Shown: piece after piece, positions 1 through 10,658 of the stretch | Layout of the letters: every line of letters begins with the position of its first letter | How positions within the stretch are numbered: the first letter of the stretch is position 1 | Notes under the pieces: generated by a model | Databases searched by the model: none | What the model was told of the DNA's origin: nothing | Seen by the model: only the letters and a program-made list of their open reading frames with translations | From: a virus | Length of the DNA: 64,000 bases | Reading direction: 5' to 3' (one strand) | Virus record (IMG/VR): IMGVR_UViG_3300021467_000093 | Coordinates: 4,409-68,408 of that record | Made by a program: the position numbers and the translations under genes

Positions 1-1574
1 TTGATACGTCAGATATTTCATCTATTATTGCTATGCATTTGCCTGTTAATTTATCAGCGTATTTGAATGTTATAGAAATTCGTGATTTGCTTTCTTATAT
101 TAACGGTGAATGGTGGCATGGTAGTTTAAATTTAAGTGGTAATATCTATAAAATTTATCAACGCGGTATTAAATACTTACGCGGTAAGTTACATAGTTAT
201 GATACTTTTGATTTATTAGGTTTAATAGCTTCTGTTTATAAATATGATTTGCCGGCTATAATTCAATCTACAACTTTGGCGAATTTATCCGCAGCTATTG
301 AAATTATAGGCCCAGTTAATTTATATGGCAGCGCACACGGCTTTGCTATTAAATCGTTATTGTCTTTTATTAACGGTAAATATGGGCCAGGCCATTTGCG
401 GGCAGCCGTATTTGCTGTTGAACCGGAATATTTGGAAGCGTCAATTCATGGATATAAAGGTATTAAGGTTCCTTTTAATTTACGTGCTATCATTAGTAGT
501 TTTTATGAATATCTATTGCCAGCTAAAATTGCTGGAGTTGAAGGTAAAAATTTAGCTGCCATACTTATACCAAGAGGGTCTTCTATTGAATTATATGCAA
601 AAATAATACCAAAAGTAGTGCATTTGAAGAAAGTTTTACTTATATCTTTATTGGAGCACAAGGATCTTAATGCTATTATTAATTATTCATGTTTTGCTTC
701 ATCTTTTAGTAATTTATTTGGTTACTTATATACTATATACAAAAAAGATCTTAAAGCATCTGTTTTTCCATTAAGAGCTAGCAACGAGTATTTAGATTTG
801 TCGGCTAGTGTTAATGCAGAATCGTATTATGTTGAGGATAAAACTACTTACAGTTTTCTACCTGAAGTGTTAAAATATACTGTAGATAGAGTTGTGATTA
901 GACCTAAACGCAGCTATTATAATGTTAATACTATAGATATTTTGTATGGTAATTATTATATGAAGAATTTATATGCTGTTGTGCAAGGTATATTACGATC
1001 TTCCGATTTGTCAGCGAGCATACGACCTGTATTACAGCCGAATTATAGTGAATTGCCAGAATATATTAAACCGAAGACCCATGAGGTAGTTATAAAGTTA
1101 GATTCTAGGGGCAGAGAGCAGTGGCGTCGTTTTGTTGAATTAATGTTTAGGAAAGATGGTGCTGAGCCCTATCATTATTTTTATGTAAGTGGGGAAAATA
1201 AGGTTTATAAGGTGGATAGGGGTAGGCATTGGACTATTTGGGCATACTCATATATTCATGATGATAATAGTATGATTGAACGGAGAGCAGTAAGATCTAA
1301 GTTTATTTTTAATATTAATAATTATAATTCGATAGACGAGGCCGTTCGAGATTTAATAGATCGGGTTTCTGCATATAGAGAATGTGATTTAACAGCTAGT
1401 ATTTATCCGTTTATTGATAAATTAAGTAGTTTAAAGGCCAGCATAGCTTCACGTGGAAGACCCAAACATAGATGGGCTAGCTATTTAGCAGCAAGTATTA
1501 ATCAATCAGACTTTAATTTCGTCGATAAGGGGTACACACCTCCAAGTGAATATGATTTTAATTTTAAAAAATAG
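1..1574 (+). CDS. Large repeat-containing protein, 5'-truncated by the window (possibly virion-associated)
   Basis: The frame is open upstream of the ATG at 33 to the window edge. Many [DN]LxAxI-like repeats (DLPAII, NLSAAI, NLRAII, DLNAII, DLKASV, DLSASV, DLSASI, DLTASI). Confidence 0.6.
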   Translation, partial: DTSDISSIIAMHLPVNLSAYLNVIEIRDLLSYINGEWWHGSLNLSGNIYKIYQRGIKYLRGKLHSYDTFDLLGLIASVYKYDLPAIIQSTTLANLSAAIEIIGPVNLYGSAHGFAIKSLLSFINGKYGPGHLRAAVFAVEPEYLEASIHGYKGIKVPFNLRAIISSFYEYLLPAKIAGVEGKNLAAILIPRGSSIELYAKIIPKVVHLKKVLLISLLEHKDLNAIINYSCFASSFSNLFGYLYTIYKKDLKASVFPLRASNEYLDLSASVNAESYYVEDKTTYSFLPEVLKYTVDRVVIRPKRSYYNVNTIDILYGNYYMKNLYAVVQGILRSSDLSASIRPVLQPNYSELPEYIKPKTHEVVIKLDSRGREQWRRFVELMFRKDGAEPYHYFYVSGENKVYKVDRGRHWTIWAYSYIHDDNSMIERRAVRSKFIFNINNYNSIDEAVRDLIDRVSAYRECDLTASIYPFIDKLSSLKASIASRGRPKHRWASYLAASINQSDFNFVDKGYTPPSEYDFNFKK

Positions 1575-1603
1575 TTAACAAAATTGAATTTTTGTGTTAT
1601 AAT
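1575..1603 (+). promoter_or_regulatory. sigma70-type promoter with extended -10
   Basis: TTAACA-N17-TATAAT with TGn before -10, upstream of the beta clamp gene. Confidence 0.8.
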
Positions 1604-1629
1604 ATAGATAAAAAGTTGAGAGGTGGATT

Positions 1630-2751
1630 ATGGAATTTAAGATTTCTGTGGTAGAATTACAGCAAATTTTTAATAAACTCAATAATATAGTGAGACAGGC
1701 AGAAGATAGTGTGGTTGGCATGGTATGTATGGAAGCAAGAGACGCACTTTATTTTAAAGCCACGAACGGTTCAATATCTATAGTTATAAAGTCTGATACA
1801 GCTACTATTGTTGAAGAAGGCATCGCATTATTCAAATTTAGAGATTTAAAGGGCTATATTGCTAAATTTAAACCGTTTTTAGAGGTTAGCGGCACTAAGG
1901 AGTTTCATTTTTTAATTACTAAATCTGGTCTAGTGAAAGCCAAAACATTTTTTGAGGATGGCAAATATTCCTACCGTAAATTACATTTTGATATTTATAA
2001 TCCCGCCATGTTTCCAATAATAAAAATTAGCAAACAGGCCGATTTAATTTTAAACAGCAGTATTCTTAAAGATGGCATTATAAAAACACTACATGTAATT
2101 AATCCTAGTGAGATTAGAAAGGCTTTGGCTAGTTTATATATAAAAATTTATAAGGACAAGATAGTTTTTGTTGGTACTGATGGCCTTAGGTTGGCAGAAT
2201 ATATAATACCAGTGCAAACTGATATAGATGAGAGGGTAGCACTGTTTAGTTATGGTTTAGCTAGCGTACTTCGTAGTTTACTTGATTTAGATCGACAAGT
2301 ATTTATAAAATTTGGTTCTAAATATGCATATTTACAGTTTGATAATATATTTTTATCTGGATCATTAATAATTAATGAAGAATACCCAAATTATAAGGAT
2401 TTATTGAGTAATGTAAGTAAAATCTATAAATTCCCTAGACTAGCGGTGTATGATACGTTAAAAACTATATCCGACACTTTTGATGCTGAGGACGATAATA
2501 GAGTTATTTTTGAATTTTATGAAAATAAAATTAATGTTAAAAATATACGAGTTGAAACTACATATGATTTAGATTATAATATAGATCAACCATTTTCATT
2601 TGCTGTTAACGGTAGGCTATTAGAGAGCGTGTTGGAATTTTTTATGTACGATGTTATAGATTTATGTATAAACGATGATTTAAAATTCGTTGTTTTTAAA
2701 TCTGATGAAGAACACTATATCACATTAGTTTCTACATTGAAAATGATATGA
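1630..2751 (+). CDS. dnaN: DNA polymerase III beta sliding clamp
   Basis: 373 aa; VFVGTDGLRLA and EYPNYKDLL motifs typical of the beta clamp. Confidence 0.85.
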   Translation: MEFKISVVELQQIFNKLNNIVRQAEDSVVGMVCMEARDALYFKATNGSISIVIKSDTATIVEEGIALFKFRDLKGYIAKFKPFLEVSGTKEFHFLITKSGLVKAKTFFEDGKYSYRKLHFDIYNPAMFPIIKISKQADLILNSSILKDGIIKTLHVINPSEIRKALASLYIKIYKDKIVFVGTDGLRLAEYIIPVQTDIDERVALFSYGLASVLRSLLDLDRQVFIKFGSKYAYLQFDNIFLSGSLIINEEYPNYKDLLSNVSKIYKFPRLAVYDTLKTISDTFDAEDDNRVIFEFYENKINVKNIRVETTYDLDYNIDQPFSFAVNGRLLESVLEFFMYDVIDLCINDDLKFVVFKSDEEHYITLVSTLKMI

Positions 2752-3353
2752 AAACATTTGATATTTTTAGCGGAGAAGATTTTGATAAAAAGCAGTTAGA
2801 TGAAGCTATGCGTATTGTTGAAGAGCATGGCTATAGAGTAGTGCGCTCTAAAGAAGAGGCCCGCGATCTAGCTATTGAAGCTGGGTATAAGGTGTTAGAG
2901 CCTATTATTATTGATGAAAAAATAACGACGTTGAAAGATTTGCGTAAGTTATTTTATAATAGATTATATGAAAAATACCATTTGGATGCAAATACTTACG
3001 TTTTTGGTAATTATCAAGTGGATTTAAAGTATTTACGTTTATTAGTAGAGTCTAGAGAAGCAGAGGGATTAAATTATTTTAATGCTATTCAGGAGGCTGC
3101 TGCTATTATTAATACTATTTTTGATAATATTGAGGAATTTAATTTTGATAGGATACCAGATATTCGTATTTTAGGTCAAAAGAAGATGGCATGGGTTACT
3201 GATAAAGCATTGAGATTAATGAATAGAATAAGTGAACAAAATAGGGCGGTGGAGACTGAAGCTATTTCAGATAACATAGAAGAGCAAATTGAAAAAGAAA
3301 TAGAGACTTCTACTGATAATTTACAAAAAATATTAAATGGATTAGAGGGGTAA
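2748..3353 (+). CDS. Hypothetical protein
   Basis: 201 aa ORF coupled to dnaN by an ATGA overlap. Confidence 0.7.
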   Translation: MKTFDIFSGEDFDKKQLDEAMRIVEEHGYRVVRSKEEARDLAIEAGYKVLEPIIIDEKITTLKDLRKLFYNRLYEKYHLDANTYVFGNYQVDLKYLRLLVESREAEGLNYFNAIQEAAAIINTIFDNIEEFNFDRIPDIRILGQKKMAWVTDKALRLMNRISEQNRAVETEAISDNIEEQIEKEIETSTDNLQKILNGLEG

Positions 3354-3355
3354 TT

Positions 3356-4384
3356 ATGGCTAAAAAGAAAAAATCTAAGGAAAAAGTTAGTACTTTAGAA
3401 TTAGCAAAAAAAGCAATTATTCAGAAATATGGTAGTGAAGTAATTAGTGAGTTGAAATCTCATGAAGATTTAAAAGTGGAAGTTATACCTACAGGCTGTT
3501 TAGCATTGGATTCTGCTTTAGGTATTGGTGGTTTAGCCCGTGGAAGATTGCATGAAATGTATGGCCCAAATAGCAGTGGGAAATCAACGTTGGCTTTAAG
3601 TGTATGTATGCAAGCCTTGAAGCAAGGATTAAAGGTAGCATATATCGATGCTGAACATTCATTAGATCCTAAATTAGTTAGAAATATGGGAGCTTCTGTA
3701 GGTGTAAATCCAGATTCTATGGATATAGTACAGGCATATACTGGAGATGATAATTTACAAATAGCCGAAATGTTAATGAAGACTGGAGAATTGTCAGTTT
3801 TGGTAATAGACAGTGTTTCAGCGCTATTACCTAAAGATATGGCTGAAGGAGAAATTGGGGATAATTATATAGGGTTATTGGCAAGGTTAATGAGTAAAGC
3901 ATGTGTAAAGCTGACCCCTGTGGCGAATTACACTAATACTTTATTAATTTTTGTAAATCAAATACGACATAATATAGGTAAATGGGGTAACAATGAAGTC
4001 CCAACTGGTGGTGAGGCATTGTCATTTTATTCGACCACTCGTATTAAGGTTGACGGCGGCGAAACTGGATCATCACGCATTATATCTGATGAAGGTATAG
4101 TTATAGGACATAGATGTAAATTTACTGTTGTTAAGAATAAATTAGCAGCACCTTGGCGCACTGCTAGTATCGATTTAATTTATGGTCAAGGTTATAATTA
4201 TCTCGGTGAAGTTGTTGATCTAGCTATCCAATTTGGTTTGATAAATCAAAAAGGCGCCTGGTTTGAATATGAGGGTGAAAATATACAAGGTAAAGATAAT
4301 TTGATTTTTATGATAAAAAATGATGATAAAAAGAGTGAAGTACTCAAAAATGAAGTTATAAAGATGTTGGGATTAAATAAATAG
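3356..4384 (+). CDS. recA: RecA recombinase
   Basis: IPTGCLALDSALGIGG, Walker A GPNSSGKST, YIDAEH, VIDSVSAL, GGEALSFYS, VVKNKLAAP. Confidence 0.97.
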   Translation: MAKKKKSKEKVSTLELAKKAIIQKYGSEVISELKSHEDLKVEVIPTGCLALDSALGIGGLARGRLHEMYGPNSSGKSTLALSVCMQALKQGLKVAYIDAEHSLDPKLVRNMGASVGVNPDSMDIVQAYTGDDNLQIAEMLMKTGELSVLVIDSVSALLPKDMAEGEIGDNYIGLLARLMSKACVKLTPVANYTNTLLIFVNQIRHNIGKWGNNEVPTGGEALSFYSTTRIKVDGGETGSSRIISDEGIVIGHRCKFTVVKNKLAAPWRTASIDLIYGQGYNYLGEVVDLAIQFGLINQKGAWFEYEGENIQGKDNLIFMIKNDDKKSEVLKNEVIKMLGLNK

Positions 4385-4385
4385 T

Positions 4386-5435
4386 ATGCCTAAAAAACTA
4401 ACAACTAATTATGTTAAGGACGTATTGGCTAAGGAAGGATATGTGTTGTTAAATGATTATTGTGGTTATTACTCCACTTTGTTTGTTAGATGTCCAGAGG
4501 GACACGAGTATATAACTACTTTTGCTAATTGGAGATCTAGTGTAAGGTGTTCTATTTGTACTAAACGCATCAAGTGGACATATGCAGACGTTAAGGAAGC
4601 TTTTGAAAGAGAAGGTTATATGTTGTTAACCACTGTTTATAAAAATAATAAGCAAAAATTGTATTTTATTTGTCCTAACGGCCATTATGGTAACATTTTA
4701 TGGGGTAATTGGCAAAAGGGTCATAGATGTTTTGAGTGTGGTAGATTAAAAGCAGCTAGTAAACAGCGAAAATCTATTGAACATATTGAAAATGAATTTA
4801 AAAAAGAGGGCTACGTATTATTAACCAAAGAGTATATTAATAGAAATAGCAAATTAAAATTTAAATGTCCTAACGGGCATTTTTATTATACGACATGGAG
4901 AGATTGGGTAAATGGTAAGCGATGCGCGATATGTGCTGGAAATGCTAAGCTTTCTTATGAATATGTTAAAGAAGCATTTATTCGTGAAGGCTATGAGCTA
5001 TTAAGTAAAGTATATATTAATAGTAGCACGAAACTAAAATATAAGTGTCCCAATGGACATGTAGCTTATATAACATGGGATAAGTGGAAACAAGGTAGGA
5101 GATGTCCTATATGCAATAGAATTAACAAGTTTGGTTCAGGGAATCCGATGTGGAGAGGCGGCATATCTTTTGAGCCTTATTGTGATTTGTGGCGTGATAG
5201 TGAATTTAAAGAGTTTATAAAATGGCGTGATGGCTATATGTGTAATAACGCTGGGTGTTATAATACTAATGATTTAGTTGTACACCATATAGATTACAAT
5301 AAAAAGAACTGTAATTTATCTAATTTAATAACATTATGTAGAAGTTGTAATAGTAGAGTTAATAAACATCGTGGATGGTATATGAAATGGTTTAGACGTT
5401 TGTTGTCTCTTAAATATGGTTTTAAATATGAGTAA
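4386..5435 (+). CDS. Zinc-ribbon-repeat HNH homing endonuclease
   Basis: Four CPxGH...RCxxC repeats; C-terminal VHHIDYNKKNC...NLITLCRSCN HNH motif. Confidence 0.85.
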   Translation: MPKKLTTNYVKDVLAKEGYVLLNDYCGYYSTLFVRCPEGHEYITTFANWRSSVRCSICTKRIKWTYADVKEAFEREGYMLLTTVYKNNKQKLYFICPNGHYGNILWGNWQKGHRCFECGRLKAASKQRKSIEHIENEFKKEGYVLLTKEYINRNSKLKFKCPNGHFYYTTWRDWVNGKRCAICAGNAKLSYEYVKEAFIREGYELLSKVYINSSTKLKYKCPNGHVAYITWDKWKQGRRCPICNRINKFGSGNPMWRGGISFEPYCDLWRDSEFKEFIKWRDGYMCNNAGCYNTNDLVVHHIDYNKKNCNLSNLITLCRSCNSRVNKHRGWYMKWFRRLLSLKYGFKYE

Positions 5436-5775
5436 ACTAGCTGATAAAACATATGATCTTTTAAGAACTATTTTTCCGTTTTATACAATAGTGCCTGAGT
5501 ATTATATTTATTATAAAGGTACTAGGCTGTTTTTTGATTTTTTTATAAAAGAACTTAATTTACTTATAGAGGTGCAGGGTAAACAGCACTATTTTTTTGT
5601 TAAGCATTTTCATACTGATAAAGAAGGTTTTTTGAAATCTAAATATAGGGATAATTTGAAACAAGAATATTGTCAAGCTAATAACATTCTTTTATTGTAT
5701 ATTCATTCTGAAGACGAATTGAGTAAAGATTATTTATTGAATAGGTTAATGCATCTATTGAAAGAGGTGGGATAA
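5428..5775 (+). CDS. Vsr/DUF559-like endonuclease
   Basis: FDFFIKELNLLIEVQGKQHY...RDNLKQEYC motif. Confidence 0.75.
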   Translation: MSKLADKTYDLLRTIFPFYTIVPEYYIYYKGTRLFFDFFIKELNLLIEVQGKQHYFFVKHFHTDKEGFLKSKYRDNLKQEYCQANNILLLYIHSEDELSKDYLLNRLMHLLKEVG

Positions 5776-5778
5776 GAT

Positions 5779-6045
5779 ATGGTAGATATAATAACTGATA
5801 AAAAGAAAGACCCAAGAGATCCTGATATGGAAAAAGATTGTCCAGATTTTGTTCCATTAGATGATGGCACTATAAAGGGGGATTGGAAATATTGTAATTT
5901 ATCGTTTCAATGTAGGCAAATAGGCATGTTGAGTGATTATGTTGAATTTACAGATGAAAATGGTAATGTAATCGCTAGAGATTATTTATGTACTGGCAAA
6001 CGTCCTATTTGGGAAGAAAGAAGTGAAGATGAGAAAGCATGTTAA
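5779..6045 (+). CDS. Hypothetical protein
   Basis: 88 aa ORF with SD (gaggtg) inside the operon. Confidence 0.7.
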   Translation: MVDIITDKKKDPRDPDMEKDCPDFVPLDDGTIKGDWKYCNLSFQCRQIGMLSDYVEFTDENGNVIARDYLCTGKRPIWEERSEDEKAC

Positions 6046-6832
6046 ATCACCTTTGAAATGGGCTGGTAGTAAAACCAAGAGTCTGGATTTTATTGTAGGC
6101 GCTATATCAGTGAAACCAAAGCGTTTTGTAGAGCCATTCGCAGGTTCAGCTGTAGTTTCTTTTAATATTGAAGCCGATGAATATTTAATAGCTGATATTA
6201 ATAATGATGTTATTAACTTTTTCAATATATTAAAAGAGTATAGAATGGATTTTATTGAATATTGTAAACAATTGTTTATTGATGGGAATAATAAGGATAT
6301 TTATTATTATAACAGGAGAATTTTTAATAATTTAGATTTTGATTATTATAGAGCAGCACTTTTTTTATATTTAAACAGGCATTGTTTTAATGGGTTGTGT
6401 AGATATAATGCAAGTGGTAAATTTAATGTTCCTTTTGGTAAATATAAAAATATTTATTTTCCAGAGGAAGAAATGCTGTCTTTGTTAAGTAGAATAAACA
6501 GATACATTTTTAAATGTCAAAGTTTTGAGGCTACTTTTAATGAATGTAGCAAAAATGATGTTATTTACTGTGATCCTCCATATTTGCCGTTAACAGATAC
6601 TTCTAATTTTACTGATTATACTAGCGAAGGTTTTACTTTCGAGATGCATGAAAAACTAGTTAAGTTAGCTGAAAAATCATCGTCCTTAGTTTTAATTTCT
6701 AATCATTGGATTCCTGGTGTTACTGATATATTATATAAGAATGGAGACGTTAGCAGAAGGAAAATTACTTGTAGGTATATAAGTGCTTATAGCCGTCCAA
6801 AAGTTGAAGAAGTGTTAGTTGTGTATGATTAA
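6029..6832 (+). CDS. dam: DNA adenine methyltransferase (Dam/D12 family)
   Basis: PLKWAGSK, FVEPFAGS, FNGLCRYN...FNVPFG, YCDPPY. Confidence 0.92.
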   Translation: MRKHVKSPLKWAGSKTKSLDFIVGAISVKPKRFVEPFAGSAVVSFNIEADEYLIADINNDVINFFNILKEYRMDFIEYCKQLFIDGNNKDIYYYNRRIFNNLDFDYYRAALFLYLNRHCFNGLCRYNASGKFNVPFGKYKNIYFPEEEMLSLLSRINRYIFKCQSFEATFNECSKNDVIYCDPPYLPLTDTSNFTDYTSEGFTFEMHEKLVKLAEKSSSLVLISNHWIPGVTDILYKNGDVSRRKITCRYISAYSRPKVEEVLVVYD

Positions 6833-6856
6833 TGGAAAGGAAAAGGAGGTATTATT

Positions 6857-7333
6857 ATGAGTATTCAAGGAAAAATTGCTAATTTAAATGGGCGGGATTT
6901 GGAACATCGTGTAGAGGAATTAATTAAAAATTATGATGTAATAAGCTTAACATATAAAGAGTGGATATCTGGTAGATTCGGTGTTGACACAGAATATATC
7001 CTATTAAAAAACGTCCCTTATACGACTATATATGGTAGTAGCGGTAGAAGCGAATTTTTGTTGTTGAAAGATGGTTATTCATTAGATAATGGTATTCGAA
7101 TTGAGTGCCGATCTCAACAAGTAAATGGGTCGGTTGATGAAAAACTCCCCTATCTTTTTGAATCTGCTCTTGCATTTAGGCAGCATAACGTTATTATAGT
7201 TTTGGAAGGAGACGGGTTTAAAAGAGGAGCACGGGAATGGTTAAAAGCACGTTGTGCTGCTATTAAGTACAAAAATATCAGAGTATTAACTTTTGAAGAA
7301 TTTAGACAATGGTTAGAATTTAACTTGAGGTAA
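6857..7333 (+). CDS. PD-(D/E)XK nuclease-like protein, putative restriction partner of Dam
   Basis: RSEF...RIECRSQQVNGSVDEKLPYL motif; adjacent to dam. Confidence 0.6.
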   Translation: MSIQGKIANLNGRDLEHRVEELIKNYDVISLTYKEWISGRFGVDTEYILLKNVPYTTIYGSSGRSEFLLLKDGYSLDNGIRIECRSQQVNGSVDEKLPYLFESALAFRQHNVIIVLEGDGFKRGAREWLKARCAAIKYKNIRVLTFEEFRQWLEFNLR

Positions 7334-7338
7334 TAATT

Positions 7339-7812
7339 ATGGACGCTATAAGCACTTATTTAAGTAAACGGGCTGAGGATTTAATGCTATTTAAAATGCC
7401 AAAGAATAACATTTTAATGGAAGAAATTTTTAGCTTTAATCCGCAAGCATTGGAACAAATCTCCTCTGCTGATATAAGTAGGTATACTATCGGTCTTGCA
7501 CAATTTTTAATTTACTTCACTTCTCAAACTAATGCTTCTAAAGTAAAACTTATGCAGAAGAAACACTTGTTGGAAAGAAAATTAAATATGTCTGAGGTTA
7601 AAGCTAAAACTAAAGCAGAAAAACTCATCAAATTAGGTGAGATGGATGCTACTGTTAAACGTTTAGTTGAAGATATTGAAATTTTAGAGTATGAACTTAA
7701 ATTGACAGAAAATTTAGAGAAATATTACGTAGAATTGATAAACGCATTCAAACGAGAGTTGAATAGACGGGAATTTGAATACAAATTAGTTAAAACGGAG
7801 AGGCGCATATAA
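7339..7812 (+). CDS. Coiled-coil hypothetical protein
   Basis: 157 aa helical ORF upstream of the helicase. Confidence 0.65.
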   Translation: MDAISTYLSKRAEDLMLFKMPKNNILMEEIFSFNPQALEQISSADISRYTIGLAQFLIYFTSQTNASKVKLMQKKHLLERKLNMSEVKAKTKAEKLIKLGEMDATVKRLVEDIEILEYELKLTENLEKYYVELINAFKRELNRREFEYKLVKTERRI

Positions 7813-7814
7813 AT

Positions 7815-9272
7815 ATGGATGATGTAAAGACTAAATTTAGTTTTAAGCAGAGTTTTTATGAGAGAGCGTTATTATCTTATTGTTTTAAGAGTTTGGATAA
7901 TTATTATGTTATTTCTATTTTTATTAATGCTAGCGATTTTTTGGATGATGAGCATAAATTAATATGGATGATTTTTGAGGATTTAATAAGGAAAAGGATT
8001 AAGCATTTAGATGTGCATTTGGTTATTAATGAAGCTAGGAAAAATAACATACTGAATGATCGCTTGCAAAGTTATATTACTGCGTTAGCCGATATGGATT
8101 TGTCAAGCTTGAATTTAAATTTTTGCATCCAAGTAGTATTGAATGCAAGCGCTAAATATAAATTGTATAGCAAACTAACCGAAAATGTCAAGCTGGTTGA
8201 AAAAGCAGCAGAAGAAGATGAGCTTAAAGCTGCTGATCTTATTGGTAAAGTTAGTAAAGAATTATTGGATTTGTCTTTGAGTTCAAAGGCTATTAAAGAA
8301 GCCAAGGATTTAGCTGACGGCATTGATGAATATTTAGAGGAGCGCCGTCAAAATGAAGTTGAATTTTGTGGCTTACCGACTGGATTTTCTATTTTGGATA
8401 AACGTATAGACGGTTTAATACCAGGAACGTTAACAGTGCTATGTGCAAGGCCAAAGCAAGGCAAAAGCACTTTTTTAAGTAATGTAGCAGCTTATGTAGC
8501 TTATAATTTAAGAAAACCAGTTTTATATGTTGATACTGAAATGGATTTTAATCAATGGAGAAGTAGAATATTATCAATGCTTTCCAATGTTCCTGAGCGA
8601 CGGATAACACACGGCGGTTATAGTGATGAAGAATATGATAGATTAAAATTGGCGGCTTCGATAATTAAAAAAGGAAAGCTGTTTCATGAGTTTATGCCAG
8701 GATATACATTAGATAAATTAACAGCGTTGTATAATAAATATAAACATATTGAGGATATAGGTCTGGCCATATTTGACTATATTAAAGCTCCAGGACAAGC
8801 AGATTTTAGGAATAAGAAAGAATATCAAATATTAGGAGATGTTACAACTGCATTAAAAGATTTAGCTGGAGAACTTGAAATACCGTTTTTATGTGCTAAT
8901 CAAATTAATAGGCAAAATGATATAGCGGACAGCGATCGAATATTGAGATACTCTGATGTGGTCATGGTTTTTAAACCAAAAACTAAAGAGGAGTTTGATA
9001 AAGTCCATCCTTTCGAAAAAGATTATGGTAATTATAAATTGGTTATAACAGATAGCAGGAGAGGGGGAACAACGCCGGAGGAAGGTATTGGGTATTATTT
9101 TTTAAAACGCTTGTTGAAAGTTGAGGAGGCATCAAAACAACTTATAGACTATGATAATTACGTTAATAAAGAAAAAGATGAGATTATGTTTAGTGATGAA
9201 GATACTAGCATTGAAGAGGTTTTTGAGGAGTCAATAGATGATGGCGAAGACGAAAAAGAGCAGCTATTCTGA
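7815..9272 (+). CDS. dnaB: Replicative DnaB-like helicase
   Basis: GLPTGFSILD, ARPKQGKST, DTEM, IFDYI, NQINR. Confidence 0.93.
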   Translation: MDDVKTKFSFKQSFYERALLSYCFKSLDNYYVISIFINASDFLDDEHKLIWMIFEDLIRKRIKHLDVHLVINEARKNNILNDRLQSYITALADMDLSSLNLNFCIQVVLNASAKYKLYSKLTENVKLVEKAAEEDELKAADLIGKVSKELLDLSLSSKAIKEAKDLADGIDEYLEERRQNEVEFCGLPTGFSILDKRIDGLIPGTLTVLCARPKQGKSTFLSNVAAYVAYNLRKPVLYVDTEMDFNQWRSRILSMLSNVPERRITHGGYSDEEYDRLKLAASIIKKGKLFHEFMPGYTLDKLTALYNKYKHIEDIGLAIFDYIKAPGQADFRNKKEYQILGDVTTALKDLAGELEIPFLCANQINRQNDIADSDRILRYSDVVMVFKPKTKEEFDKVHPFEKDYGNYKLVITDSRRGGTTPEEGIGYYFLKRLLKVEEASKQLIDYDNYVNKEKDEIMFSDEDTSIEEVFEESIDDGEDEKEQLF

Positions 9273-10290
9273 TGAAGATAGACGTTATAGAATAGAGCGG
9301 TTGAAAGAAGCTGTTGATGCAAGAGCATTATTAGAATCGTTAGGTTTTGTTATTTATAAAGAAACTGCTAAGGAAGTAAGAGCTGCTTGTAAAGTACATG
9401 GCGGTGATAATAAAACTGCATTTAGAATGAATAAAGCGACTAAAAATTGGGTTTGTTTTTCTCACCATTGTCATGAAGAAATTGGATATGACGTAATTAG
9501 TTTAATTATGTACATGTTGGATTTAAACTTTAGAGAAGCCATTGAATATTTAGAAAATATTACTGGGCTAAATGTTAATGATCCTCAACTATTTGCTAAG
9601 TATAAAGATGATTTAGATAAAAAGAAATTTATTCAGGAAATTTTTAATAATCAATATATGCCGCCGGCACTGGTTAATGAGGAATATTTAGATAGTTTTA
9701 AGAAATTTAGGACTAATTTTTTTGAAAAACCTAAGAATGGTGGATTTCCCAAAGAAGTGTTGGATCACTTTGAAGTTGGCGGTGGGTATGTAGATAAATT
9801 TGGATTGCAAAGAGAAGTTATTCCTATTAGAGATGAAAATGGTGTGTTAGTTGCCTATAGCTGTAGAGATATTACTGGACAGGCTGAAGATAACTGTAAA
9901 TATATACTGACTGAAAATTTTAAAAAGAATGATGTTTTGTACAATTTATATAATGCTAAGATGTATATGGGAAGTGGAAGAGAAATAATTGTAGTAGAAG
10001 GATTTAAATCTGTATGGAAGCTATTTATGGCAGGCTATAAAAATGTGGTAGCTTGTATGGGCAGTAGAATTACAGAAGGGCAACAAGCCTTATTATATAA
10101 ATATGTTAAATGTGTTTATCTTCTTTTTGATGCAGATAAGGCTGGTATAGAAGGTACTATAGATGCATTAGAAAATATGAAGGATAAGATTGACGTTAAA
10201 CCGATATTTTTACCATATACAGGTAAAGATCCTGCTGATTTATCTATTAATGAACTTAAATTATTATTAGGAGGTATAATTAATGCCTAA
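9238..10290 (+). CDS. dnaG: DNA primase
   Basis: CHC2-like zinc finger (CKVH...CFSHHC); Toprim VVEGFKS and FDADKAG. Confidence 0.9.
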   Translation: MMAKTKKSSYSDEDRRYRIERLKEAVDARALLESLGFVIYKETAKEVRAACKVHGGDNKTAFRMNKATKNWVCFSHHCHEEIGYDVISLIMYMLDLNFREAIEYLENITGLNVNDPQLFAKYKDDLDKKKFIQEIFNNQYMPPALVNEEYLDSFKKFRTNFFEKPKNGGFPKEVLDHFEVGGGYVDKFGLQREVIPIRDENGVLVAYSCRDITGQAEDNCKYILTENFKKNDVLYNLYNAKMYMGSGREIIVVEGFKSVWKLFMAGYKNVVACMGSRITEGQQALLYKYVKCVYLLFDADKAGIEGTIDALENMKDKIDVKPIFLPYTGKDPADLSINELKLLLGGIINA

Positions 10291-10657
10291 GAAAAAAATG
10301 AAAAGGGATAAAAGTACAGAGGTTATTGGTACTCCAACAATGTTATTGTTACCTTCTAGAAATTATAAATTTAAAGTATCCAATACACAATATAGTGTAC
10401 GTTTGCCAAGATGTGGAAAATATAGTGATTTGGATAGTAAATTGTTTAGTGATAAGGATGGAGATTTTGATGTTTTATTGCATGATGATAAATATAATGC
10501 GGATGTAGTTCTCTTACCAAATATATCAAAGTTGATGTTTGTGACATCACAATACCCTGATATGAAAGATAATCAGGCATTTGCTCCAGTAGCTTTAATA
10601 ATTCATGAAGATTATGTAGATGTTGTTGGAAATTTGATTGAAATGATGGAGGTCTAA
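10283..10657 (+). CDS. Hypothetical protein
   Basis: 124 aa ORF with SD aggagg. Confidence 0.7.
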   Translation: MPKKKMKRDKSTEVIGTPTMLLLPSRNYKFKVSNTQYSVRLPRCGKYSDLDSKLFSDKDGDFDVLLHDDKYNADVVLLPNISKLMFVTSQYPDMKDNQAFAPVALIIHEDYVDVVGNLIEMMEV

Positions 10658-10658
10658 T

